Source of the DNA: Bacilli bacterium | GTDB lineage: Bacteria; Bacillota_I; Bacilli_A; ML615J-28; CAG-698 | Length of the DNA stretch: 64,000 nucleotides | Direction: 5' to 3' | Assembly: GCA_050174575.1 (NCBI GenBank) | Contig: JBFXJT010000005.1 | Location: 10,553-74,552 of the forward strand | In this document: one piece after another, positions 1 through 8,133 of the stretch | Numbering within the stretch: position 1 is the first letter of the stretch | Layout of the letters: each line of letters starts with the position of its first letter | Notes under the pieces: model-generated | The model's database searches: none | Told to the model about the DNA's origin: nothing | The model's input: only the letters and a program-made list of their open reading frames with translations | Program-made: the position numbers and the translations under genes

Positions 1-1158
1 CCCGCTAATTATTCACAATATTTAACTCTAAAAATTGAAAAAGAAGAAATGCTAATTGCCAGTAAGCGTAAACTAGATGCTTTTTTAAGAAAAGAACAGC
101 AATGGATTAGCCGAGGTGCAAAAGCAAGAACGACAAAGGACCGACGAAGAATCTCCCAATATGAAGAACTTTCGGGAATAATATATAATAAAAAAGCAAT
201 TTTAAATTTAGAAAGTACCGCAAGTCGATTAGGAAGAAAAACGGTTGAATTACAAAACGTTAGTAAATCTTATGAAAAACCAATAATTAACAACTTTTCG
301 CTAATTATTCCCAATGATGCGAGAATTGGGATTACGGGACAAAACGGTTGTGGCAAAACAACCTTATTAAAAATTATTGCTGGGTTTGTTTTACCGGATT
401 TTGGTCAAGTAAACATTGGTGAAACTGTCAAAATTGGTTACTTTTCACAAGAAAATGAAGATTTAAATGATCAGATGCGGATTATTGATTTTATAAAAGG
501 GATTGCAGAAGTTGTGAAAAGTGGGAAAAGCACTCTTTCGGCTTCTCAGATGATTGAAAAATTTTTATTTGATAATCCTTATTCCTTAATTGGGACGCTT
601 TCTGGAGGCGAAAAAAGACGATTGATGCTCTTAGCTTTGTTGATGGCGTCACCAAATATCTTATTACTTGATGAACCCACGAACAATTTGGACATCACTA
701 CCATGAATATCTTTGAATCATATTTAGATGATTTTGAAGGTGCAGTTGTCGTCGCATCCCATGATCGCTATTTTTTAGACAAAATTTGTGATCGTTTTTA
801 TGAATTTACGGAAAATGGGTTACTTGAACCACATATGGGAAAGTATAGTGATTTTTTAGTTGCACCAAAAGAAGAAGAACAAAAAACAAAAGATGAAGAA
901 AGAGAAAAACCAAAAAATAGTTTATTAAAACTTACTTTTCAAGAACAATTAGAATTCCAAAAGATCGAAAGTATAATTGATGAACTGGAAAACGAGTTGA
1001 TGTTAGTCAATCATCAAATTTCGGAAAAAATTGGCAATTATGAGTTACAAAAGCCATTTTTAGATAAAAAAGCAACTTTAGAAAAAACCATTAATGAAAA
1101 AATCGCTCGTTGGGAATACTTAAGCCAAAAAGATGATATGGCAAAAAGGGGAAAATAA
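1..1158 (+). CDS. ABC-F family ATPase (Uup/YfmR-like translation-factor type), 5'-truncated by the window edge; linker, second ABC domain and charged C-terminal tail present
   Basis: Frame 1 is open from nt 1 (PANYSQYLTLKIEKEE precedes the first Met at 49). Walker A GQNGCGKTT, signature LSGGEKRR, Walker B LLLLDEPTN, H-loop ASHDRYF, Lys/Glu-rich tail. Confidence 0.85.
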   Translation, partial: PANYSQYLTLKIEKEEMLIASKRKLDAFLRKEQQWISRGAKARTTKDRRRISQYEELSGIIYNKKAILNLESTASRLGRKTVELQNVSKSYEKPIINNFSLIIPNDARIGITGQNGCGKTTLLKIIAGFVLPDFGQVNIGETVKIGYFSQENEDLNDQMRIIDFIKGIAEVVKSGKSTLSASQMIEKFLFDNPYSLIGTLSGGEKRRLMLLALLMASPNILLLDEPTNNLDITTMNIFESYLDDFEGAVVVASHDRYFLDKICDRFYEFTENGLLEPHMGKYSDFLVAPKEEEQKTKDEEREKPKNSLLKLTFQEQLEFQKIESIIDELENELMLVNHQISEKIGNYELQKPFLDKKATLEKTINEKIARWEYLSQKDDMAKRGK

Positions 1159-1658
1159 TGATTACTTTTTCATTTGCAGATCAAACAGATTTAATGGATG
1201 TTTGGGAAATGATTAAAGAACAAAAGGAAATCTATAAAAGAGAAAACTTAAAAATATGGAATGATGATTATCCTGAATATGATGATTTGCTGGATGATTT
1301 TCACAACAACAATCTATTTGTTTTGAAAGATGATGGACAAATCGTTTCTTCCATATCTAAAACTTCATCACTTATCGAAGATGGTAACGGACAACTAGGT
1401 ATTTTATACTTAACAAGATTTATTGTTAAGCCGCTTGTACAGAACCATGGATATGGAAAAACGGTCATAAAGTTTATTGAAGAATGGGCTTTAAATAATG
1501 GCTTTTCCACAATTGAGTTTTTAGTTAGTGACAAAAACACTCAAGCAATTTGCTTTTATCAAAAAAGAGCATTTTTAAACATGGGGATTTACAAAACACC
1601 ATGGGAAAACGGCCAACAACATTATTATCGTTTTGAAAAAAAAATAACAACTGAATAA
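1158..1658 (+). CDS. GNAT family N-acetyltransferase
   Basis: 166-aa ORF whose ATG overlaps the upstream stop (TAATG). GNAT motif A-like RFIVKPLVQNHGYGKTVIKFIEEWA. Confidence 0.75.
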   Translation: MITFSFADQTDLMDVWEMIKEQKEIYKRENLKIWNDDYPEYDDLLDDFHNNNLFVLKDDGQIVSSISKTSSLIEDGNGQLGILYLTRFIVKPLVQNHGYGKTVIKFIEEWALNNGFSTIEFLVSDKNTQAICFYQKRAFLNMGIYKTPWENGQQHYYRFEKKITTE

Positions 1659-1715
1659 ACTATCACGAAAAATTGAGAGGAATTGATTAAAAGTAGTTAA
1701 TTTATTTGCCTTTTC

Positions 1716-1743
1716 TTGCATTTTTTTACCATTATGATATAAT
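1716..1743 (+). promoter_or_regulatory. sigma-70-type promoter for the 1821 kinase gene
   Basis: TTGCAT, 16-nt spacer, TGaTATAAT (extended -10), about 78 nt upstream of the ATG. Confidence 0.55.
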
Positions 1744-1820
1744 ATACTAATCAAAGGGGTAAATTGCCGGAGATTTTTTATTTTCGGGAAATATGTAGGG
1801 AATGAAGGAGAGATAAGTCA

Positions 1821-2909
1821 ATGCAAAAAGTATTAGAAATGTATGAATTTGGTAGAAGAGCAGTTAAAATGATTCCTTTCGGGAATGGGCATATTAACAA
1901 AACATACATTGTAATTACCAATAATGATGAAAAATACATTCTTCAAAAGCTGAACACAGTTGTTTTCAAAAAACCTCGAGAAGTCATGAACAACATTGAA
2001 TTAGTTACTAATTACATTCGTGAAATTGTAAAAAAGGAAAATGATGACTATTCTAGGGCAGTTTTAGAAATTATTCCTTCTGTTAATGCAAAATCATATG
2101 TCCACATTGACGATATGTTTTGGCGTTGTTATCGTTTTGTTTCCGGAGCTAAAACTTATGAAATCGTTGAAAACCCAGAGTTATTTTATGAAGTTGGCAA
2201 GGCTATTGGAACATTCCAAAAGCAGTTAATGGATTTCCCAATTGAGAAATTGGCCATAACCATTCCCAATTTTCATAATACTCCAATTCGTTTTCGTCGA
2301 TTTAAAGAAGTTGTTAACGAAGACCCCAAGAGGCGAGCTTTAGAAGTTTTTAATGAAATTAAATTTCTTTATAACCGTGAAGAAGATGTTAGTAATATAA
2401 CAAAATATCTTGACAGTGGTGAAATAAAAACACGAGTAACACATAACGATACAAAACTAAATAATGTTATGATTGATGAAAATACAAATAAAGCTATTTG
2501 TGTTGTTGATTTAGATACTGTTATGCCAGGATCAGTTTTATTTGATTTTGGTGATGCCATTCGTGTTGGGGCATCTACTGCACTTGAAGATGAAAAAGAT
2601 TTAAGCAAAGTTTCTTTAAATCAAGTTTTATTCGAAGCTTTTAGTCGAGGCTTTTTAGAAAAAGCTTATGATATTTTAACGGAAAAAGAAATCGAAAATC
2701 TTGTTGAATCAGCAAGAATTATTACATTAGAGTGTGGAATGCGTTTTTTAACTGATTATCTTGAAGGTGATGTTTATTTTAGCACCCATTATGAAACTCA
2801 TAATTTGGATCGTGCCAAAACACAATTTAAATTAGTTCAAGAAATCGAAGATCACTACGATGAATTGCAAATTATCATTCAAAAAATCTTAAATGACTTA
2901 CGTAAGTAA
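1821..2909 (+). CDS. APH/choline-kinase-fold phosphotransferase, N-acetylhexosamine-1-kinase (NahK/MdsC)-like
   Basis: 362-aa ORF behind GAAGGAGAG. N-terminal FGNGHINKTY loop, catalytic VTHNDTKLNNVMID (HxDxxxxN) and VVDLDTV metal-binding motif. Confidence 0.6.
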   Translation: MQKVLEMYEFGRRAVKMIPFGNGHINKTYIVITNNDEKYILQKLNTVVFKKPREVMNNIELVTNYIREIVKKENDDYSRAVLEIIPSVNAKSYVHIDDMFWRCYRFVSGAKTYEIVENPELFYEVGKAIGTFQKQLMDFPIEKLAITIPNFHNTPIRFRRFKEVVNEDPKRRALEVFNEIKFLYNREEDVSNITKYLDSGEIKTRVTHNDTKLNNVMIDENTNKAICVVDLDTVMPGSVLFDFGDAIRVGASTALEDEKDLSKVSLNQVLFEAFSRGFLEKAYDILTEKEIENLVESARIITLECGMRFLTDYLEGDVYFSTHYETHNLDRAKTQFKLVQEIEDHYDELQIIIQKILNDLRK

Positions 2910-3023
2910 GTCATTTTTTTCTTCTTTGAATAATTTATTTTTCAATTGTAATACTAAACATTTTTGTTATAATTTTGGTAGCGTGTTTAATTTTTTTGGA
3001 TTATTTTCAACAAGGAGAAAATA

Positions 3024-4667
3024 ATGAAAAAATTAACCAAATTTCTATTTCTTATAATATCGTTTATGCTTGTTTTTGTTGCAAACCCTAACATAAAAGC
3101 TGACAGCATCCCAAATTGGGAATTTTTGCCAATAGGGCCCAATTATTTAGATCCGGACAATTTTAATGTTGGTGGATCTGACACTTATTTTACTGTTTCC
3201 AATTTTCATATGTTCCGGGTACAATCGGCAACTCAATATACGCTTTTTCAAACTCATCCAGCCGAAACTTTTTTTGGGAGTCACCATGTTTCTGCCTATG
3301 ATGAAGACGCCATACTTATTAGTTCTAGCTTTGCCTTTGATTATACTTATTCAGAAGACAACATCATCGCTTTATCTTTCACAACTCCCGCCAATACAAA
3401 ATATATTGATATTGATTTTGAGATTCTATATGAAGGGGTTGAAAGTAAAGACTTTTATCCTATTGATGAAGACATAGTTTTGAGTGAAGGGACTTCTTAT
3501 CCTGGAACACAAGAAGAAGTTATTTTGTACGAAGGGCCAAATATTAATTATGACCCTGTCATTAGCGGGAATAACGGTTATTATTACACCGATGTTAATA
3601 ACCCTGTTTCCATTGCCACAATTCAAAGTGGGCTTGTGGCAATGGATGACGTTGATGGTGATATTAGTGCAAATATCATCATTACGAATGATGGGTATAC
3701 TGCAAATAAAAATATTTTAGGTGAGTATCCGGTTATTTTTAGTGTATCCGATAGCAGTAGCAATACAACAAATTTTACCGTCTTTGTTATTGTTGTTGAC
3801 AACGATAATCCCATCATTTCCGGACAAAGTAACTTTACTTTTAAAGAAACATCCTTAGTTCCCCTTTCCTATTTTCAATCATTTTTATCGGCTACTGATA
3901 ATTATGATGGAGATGTTACTAGCAATATTACGGTATCTTCCGACAATTATACGCAAAATTATAATATTTTAGGAACACATACAATAATTTTTTCAGCTAG
4001 TGATAGTTCAAGTAATGTAGGAACTTTCACTGTTAATATTTTAGTTGAAGACGGAACAGCACCCGTATTTTCGGGACCTCAAAGTATTAATAAAGGTAAT
4101 GATGTTACACTCACTTTGGCATCGATTTTAAGTCAGATTTCTACATTAGATAATGTTGATGGCAATGTAACAGCCAACATTGTTGTGGAAAATGACACCT
4201 ATTCTCGAAATGCTAATCGCGTAGGGAGTTGGGAGATTGAGCTATCTTGCCAAGACACTCTATTAAACACTTCTTTTTATACTATTATTATTAATGTTTC
4301 CGATGCTGTTCAACCTATATTCATGGTTAATCAGCAAGTAATAACCATCGAGTTAAGTGACAATCATTTGGGAGTTCAGGATTTTGTAAAAGTGCTTGTG
4401 AAAACCAAAGCTATTATTGATGATAGCGAAGTTATCATCATTACCGATGAATATACAGAAAATAAAAATACTCCAGGAACTTATAAAATAGTTCTTGGAG
4501 TAGGTGAAGACCAAATGGATTTAGAAGTTAATGTAGTCGAAGGATTATATGAACAATTACAACCTCAAAAAGTCAATTTATGGCAAAAAATAATTAATTG
4601 GGTTGCCAATTCATGGCAAATTATTAAAAATTTTTTCAGTAACTTATTTAAAATCGTTTTTAAATAA
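3024..4667 (+). CDS. Exported surface protein: signal peptide, unassigned ~170-aa N-terminal domain, four tandem Ig-like (DUF5011/HYR-type) repeats, Trp-rich amphipathic C-terminal tail
   Basis: RBS AAGGAGAA. N-terminus MKKLTKFLFLIISFMLVFVANPNIKA. Repeats share D(N/D)xDG(D/N)(I/V)(S/T)xNI...Y..N.N.LG.(Y/H)..IFS(V/A)SDSSSN...FTV.(I/V)LV.D. Confidence 0.7.
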   Translation: MKKLTKFLFLIISFMLVFVANPNIKADSIPNWEFLPIGPNYLDPDNFNVGGSDTYFTVSNFHMFRVQSATQYTLFQTHPAETFFGSHHVSAYDEDAILISSSFAFDYTYSEDNIIALSFTTPANTKYIDIDFEILYEGVESKDFYPIDEDIVLSEGTSYPGTQEEVILYEGPNINYDPVISGNNGYYYTDVNNPVSIATIQSGLVAMDDVDGDISANIIITNDGYTANKNILGEYPVIFSVSDSSSNTTNFTVFVIVVDNDNPIISGQSNFTFKETSLVPLSYFQSFLSATDNYDGDVTSNITVSSDNYTQNYNILGTHTIIFSASDSSSNVGTFTVNILVEDGTAPVFSGPQSINKGNDVTLTLASILSQISTLDNVDGNVTANIVVENDTYSRNANRVGSWEIELSCQDTLLNTSFYTIIINVSDAVQPIFMVNQQVITIELSDNHLGVQDFVKVLVKTKAIIDDSEVIIITDEYTENKNTPGTYKIVLGVGEDQMDLEVNVVEGLYEQLQPQKVNLWQKIINWVANSWQIIKNFFSNLFKIVFK

Positions 4668-4892
4668 TTTTTCTAAACGTGTGGGGGGTACGGGATCGTA
4701 TCCTCCTTTTGATAACGGGTTACAACGGATGATACGCCATAAAGAAAGGAAAGAAGCACGAATAAAAGAAAATTTTTGATAAACCTGAAGAGAGTAATTT
4801 GAACAAGTTGGTGAATACCGACAATGACTACCTTTTTCAAAATGCATTTTTTGGTACCACTTAATTAATTTTATCGGTATTTTATTCATCAT
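4644..4892 (-). CDS. yidD: Membrane protein insertion efficiency factor YidD
   Basis: 82-aa ORF with the YidD hallmark CRYSPTCSNYSLQ...RCNPLSKGGYDPVP. Confidence 0.9.
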   Translation of the reverse strand: MMNKIPIKLIKWYQKMHFEKGSHCRYSPTCSNYSLQVYQKFSFIRASFLSLWRIIRCNPLSKGGYDPVPPTRLEKLFKNDFK

Positions 4893-4903
4893 AGTTCATC
4901 TTT

Positions 4904-5383
4904 CTATAAATTAATTTTATTGATAAAACTATTTAGCGCTGAATAATCAATTGATGGCACAGGTTCATTATTTTCTTTTAAGGAAATAAGTACACTTTCC
5001 ATCATTTTTTTATATAGTCCTTTTGCTAAAGTTGGATCAATAATCCCACCCATAAAAACTACTTCTTGAGCATGGGTGATTTTTTTTAATTTAATTTCAT
5101 ATTGAGGAGCCATTTGTTTATTGGACCCTAAAATAAATCCATATACTGTTTTGTTTACTAAACATTTGTGATGCTTTCTAATGAATTTTTTTATTCCTCC
5201 ATTAAACATGCCCATTATTATATTAGTACCAATAATTATTTTATCAAAATTTTCCAAATTTTTTAATTTTCTAAATTCTTTATTATTCATTATAACTGAA
5301 TTAGGTGTTTTTTCTTGAATTGTTTCTGCAACTTTTTTTGTAGCATTAAATTTAGTTCCATAGATAATTAATGTAGAAATCAT
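4904..5383 (-). CDS. Flavodoxin-domain protein (HemG/flavodoxin_5-like)
   Basis: 159 aa. Flavodoxin-type N-terminal beta-alpha start TLIIYGTKFNATKKVAE. Lies 11 nt upstream of yidD on the same strand. Confidence 0.55.
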   Translation of the reverse strand: MISTLIIYGTKFNATKKVAETIQEKTPNSVIMNNKEFRKLKNLENFDKIIIGTNIIMGMFNGGIKKFIRKHHKCLVNKTVYGFILGSNKQMAPQYEIKLKKITHAQEVVFMGGIIDPTLAKGLYKKMMESVLISLKENNEPVPSIDYSALNSFINKINL

Positions 5384-5477
5384 ATTTAATCTCCTCTATA
5401 AAATTATACCATATTGATGGATAATTGACAAATTGAACTTTAAGAAAACTTTTACATTCTTCTTTACGTGGATTTGC

Positions 5478-5506
5478 TTGATAAAAGGCCATTAATATGG
5501 TAAAAT
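5478..5506 (+). promoter_or_regulatory. sigma-70-type promoter for the 5530-10151 gene string
   Basis: TTGATA, 17-nt spacer, TGgTAAAAT (extended -10). Confidence 0.5.
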
Positions 5507-5529
5507 ATTATAAGAAAAGTTGGTAAGTC

Positions 5530-5991
5530 ATGGACATTTTAGTGACTAGTGATATTCATCGTCAAACAGACATTTTAAAGAAAATTATGGAAAAACATCA
5601 ACAAGCAAAATTATTCCTTGATGCAGGAGACAGTGAAAGGCATGATTTTGACTTAGAGCCTTTTATAAGTGTCAAAGGAAATTGTGATTTTTTTATTAAA
5701 AATAAATTTAGAATTATATCTGTTTTAAATCATCGAATTTATCTATTCCATGGCCATTTTTTCCCACTTAATCCTGATTCTTTGATTTCCTTAGCTAAGG
5801 AAAACAGTTGCGATATTATTATTCATGGACATACACATAAACCTTATTACATATTTCATCAAGGAGTGCATGTTCTTTGCCCCGGTTCACCCTCTTTTCC
5901 AAGAGATCAAATGGGTGCAACTTATGCTTTAATAACTATAAGCGAACTAGAAGTAATTGTAAAAATTATGAAGGTGAACGATGAGAAGTAA
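5530..5991 (+). CDS. YfcE/MJ0936-family metallophosphoesterase
   Basis: 153 aa with ordered motifs SDIH, AGDSE, GNCD, FHGH, HGHTH. Confidence 0.8.
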   Translation: MDILVTSDIHRQTDILKKIMEKHQQAKLFLDAGDSERHDFDLEPFISVKGNCDFFIKNKFRIISVLNHRIYLFHGHFFPLNPDSLISLAKENSCDIIIHGHTHKPYYIFHQGVHVLCPGSPSFPRDQMGATYALITISELEVIVKIMKVNDEK

Positions 5992-6931
5992 GACTGATAT
6001 TTATTATGAAATTTTTGATGAAATTGCTATGATGTTAATCGAAGAATTAGGTATTGATTATTTAGATGCCTTTCATCGCACAAAAGATTTAATAATTGAT
6101 GATCAACACGAAGAAAATATTTCTGAAATAGCATCCAAAAAAATCAAATATTTGCTTAAAGCTTTGTACAAAGAAACTTTCTCACAAGAAGATATCCGTT
6201 TAGCTTTACAGTTATTGACAGTGAAAGCATTCAAATCAATGAACAAAACAATTGAATTAATGACTCCGGATTCAATCAATTATATATTGTCTCGAATAAT
6301 TAATCATAAATTTGCCAATCAAACATTACGAATTTTAGATATCAACCTTGGTACAAGTAATTTATTACAAACGATTGCTAATAATTTCCCCAATGAAAAA
6401 GATTTATTAGGTATTGAGAAAGACCAAAATCTTGTCAATTTAGCGTCCAGTTGGGCTGAATTAGAAAATAATGATTTAAAAATTTATTGGCAAGATGTTA
6501 TGATGCCTATTTATGATATGGCTGACATTGAAGTGGGTGATTTAGATGATGGTCTATATCAAAAACCTTTGCCGCCAACACACCCTTTATTTCAATCGAA
6601 TATTTCTTATTATCCTTATTTAGCAATTTCATCCAAATTGGAAAATTTAAAAGACCAAGGCTATTTTTTTTACTTAATAAATAATGATTTCTTTGCAGCG
6701 GATGAGGTTTTGACTTTCCGAAATTATTTTCAAAAACATGCAACGATGCTAGCTTTAATTGTTTTGCCGGAATCAATGTTTCAATCTAAGCAAAAACAAA
6801 AAAGCATTCTAATTGGTAAAAAAGCTTGTTTAAAATCTTGGGAATTGATGATTTTTCCAATAACAAGTTTTTCCAAAACACAAATACCAAACATACTAAC
6901 AAAATTAGATCAATTTACCGACAATTTATAG
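5981..6931 (+). CDS. Class I SAM-dependent methyltransferase, YtxK-like
   Basis: 316 aa. Start overlaps the upstream gene by 11 nt. LRILDINLGTSNLL sits at the SAM motif I position. Lies directly upstream of ackA, as ytxK does in Bacillus subtilis. Confidence 0.55.
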   Translation: MRSKTDIYYEIFDEIAMMLIEELGIDYLDAFHRTKDLIIDDQHEENISEIASKKIKYLLKALYKETFSQEDIRLALQLLTVKAFKSMNKTIELMTPDSINYILSRIINHKFANQTLRILDINLGTSNLLQTIANNFPNEKDLLGIEKDQNLVNLASSWAELENNDLKIYWQDVMMPIYDMADIEVGDLDDGLYQKPLPPTHPLFQSNISYYPYLAISSKLENLKDQGYFFYLINNDFFAADEVLTFRNYFQKHATMLALIVLPESMFQSKQKQKSILIGKKACLKSWELMIFPITSFSKTQIPNILTKLDQFTDNL

Positions 6932-6942
6932 GAGGAATAGAT

Positions 6943-8133
6943 ATGTTAAAAATAATGGCAGTTAATGCGGGGAGTTCATCATTAAAGTTTAAATTATTGA
7001 ACATGCCAGAAGAAGAAGTAATCACTGAAGGTGTAATTGAAAGAATTGGTGCCGAAGATGCTTACTACACCATAAAAATAAATGGAACAAAGCAAAAGCA
7101 AATATTGCCAATTAGAAATCATTCTGAAGCCGTCAACCGTTTATTAAATGATTTAATTGAGCGGAATATTGTAGTCTCTTTAACAGAAATTAAAGGAATT
7201 GGTCATCGAATTGTTCAAGGCGGCTCATATTTTTCTGATTCTGCTTTAATTAATCAAAAGGCAATCGAAGTTATTAGAGATTACTGCTCATTAGCGCCAC
7301 TTCATAATCCTGCAAATTTAATTGCCATTGAAGCATTTCAAAATGCTCTTCCAGGAGTCCCAAATGTTGCTGTGTTTGATACATCATTTCATCAAACAAT
7401 GCAACCAGAAGCTTTTATGTATGCCATTCCTTATGATTGGTATACAAAATACAATATTCGAAAATATGGTTTTCATGGGACAAGTCATAAATATGTCTCG
7501 CATAAAGTTGCTGAGACAATCGGAAAACCTATTGAAGATTTAAAAATTATCACTTTACACATAGGTAATGGAGCTTCCATTGCTGCAATTAAGAATGGAA
7601 AATGTATTGATACTTCTATGGGGTTAACCCCACTTGAAGGGATTCCTATGGGAACCCGAAGTGGAAATATCGATCCGACCGTCGTTGAATTTATAAGTAA
7701 TAAAGAACATTTGACTACTTCTCAAGTTTTATCCATGCTTAATAAGAAATCTGGCTATTTAGGTATTTCTGGTTTTTGGAATGATTCGCGTGATTTAGAA
7801 GAAGAAGTTGAAAAAGGAAATGAGCGATGTAAGCTTGCCCTTGATATTCAATACAAACGTGTTGTTGATTACATTGGAAGTTATTTTCTTTATATGGGAG
7901 GATTGGATGCCATTGTTTTTACTGCTGGAATTGGTGAAAACAGCGATATTTTCCGAAAAGCTATTTTGGACCGTTTAGAAGCTTTGGGTGTTGTTATCGA
8001 TGAAGAAGCAAACAAAACTCGTGGTAAAATAAAAGAGATAACTAAACCAGAATCAAAAGTAAGGGCTTTTATTATTCCTACGGATGAAGAAATTATGATT
8101 GCTCGAGATACTGTAAGGTTAGCAGGATTATGA
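6943..8133 (+). CDS. ackA: Acetate kinase
   Basis: ATG 6943 follows AGGAGG (6931-6936). Motifs MAVNAGSSSLKFKL, GFHGTSH, HIGNGASI, GIGENS. The longer ORF from 6826 would overlap the upstream gene. Confidence 0.95.
   Translation: MLKIMAVNAGSSSLKFKLLNMPEEEVITEGVIERIGAEDAYYTIKINGTKQKQILPIRNHSEAVNRLLNDLIERNIVVSLTEIKGIGHRIVQGGSYFSDSALINQKAIEVIRDYCSLAPLHNPANLIAIEAFQNALPGVPNVAVFDTSFHQTMQPEAFMYAIPYDWYTKYNIRKYGFHGTSHKYVSHKVAETIGKPIEDLKIITLHIGNGASIAAIKNGKCIDTSMGLTPLEGIPMGTRSGNIDPTVVEFISNKEHLTTSQVLSMLNKKSGYLGISGFWNDSRDLEEEVEKGNERCKLALDIQYKRVVDYIGSYFLYMGGLDAIVFTAGIGENSDIFRKAILDRLEALGVVIDEEANKTRGKIKEITKPESKVRAFIIPTDEEIMIARDTVRLAGL

Noticed and set aside
3166-3817. Cluster of short overlapping ORFs (both strands) inside the 3024-4667 surface-protein gene.
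   Set aside because: The long frame has a signal peptide, an RBS and a coherent repeat architecture. The short ORFs are out-of-frame artefacts of AT-rich repeat DNA.
6826-6942. N-terminally extended ORF-track starts: ackA 6826, surface paralog 12147, dnaE 14479, rplM 22825, rplK 28193, rpoB 32774, rpsL 40347, tatD 45320, tex 52062, acpP 56090, operon gene A 56483, gene D 57501, pgcA 59177.
   Set aside because: In each case an internal start has a proper SD at 5-9 nt and reproduces the conserved protein N-terminus. The extension either overlaps the upstream gene or terminator, or lies inside the predicted promoter.
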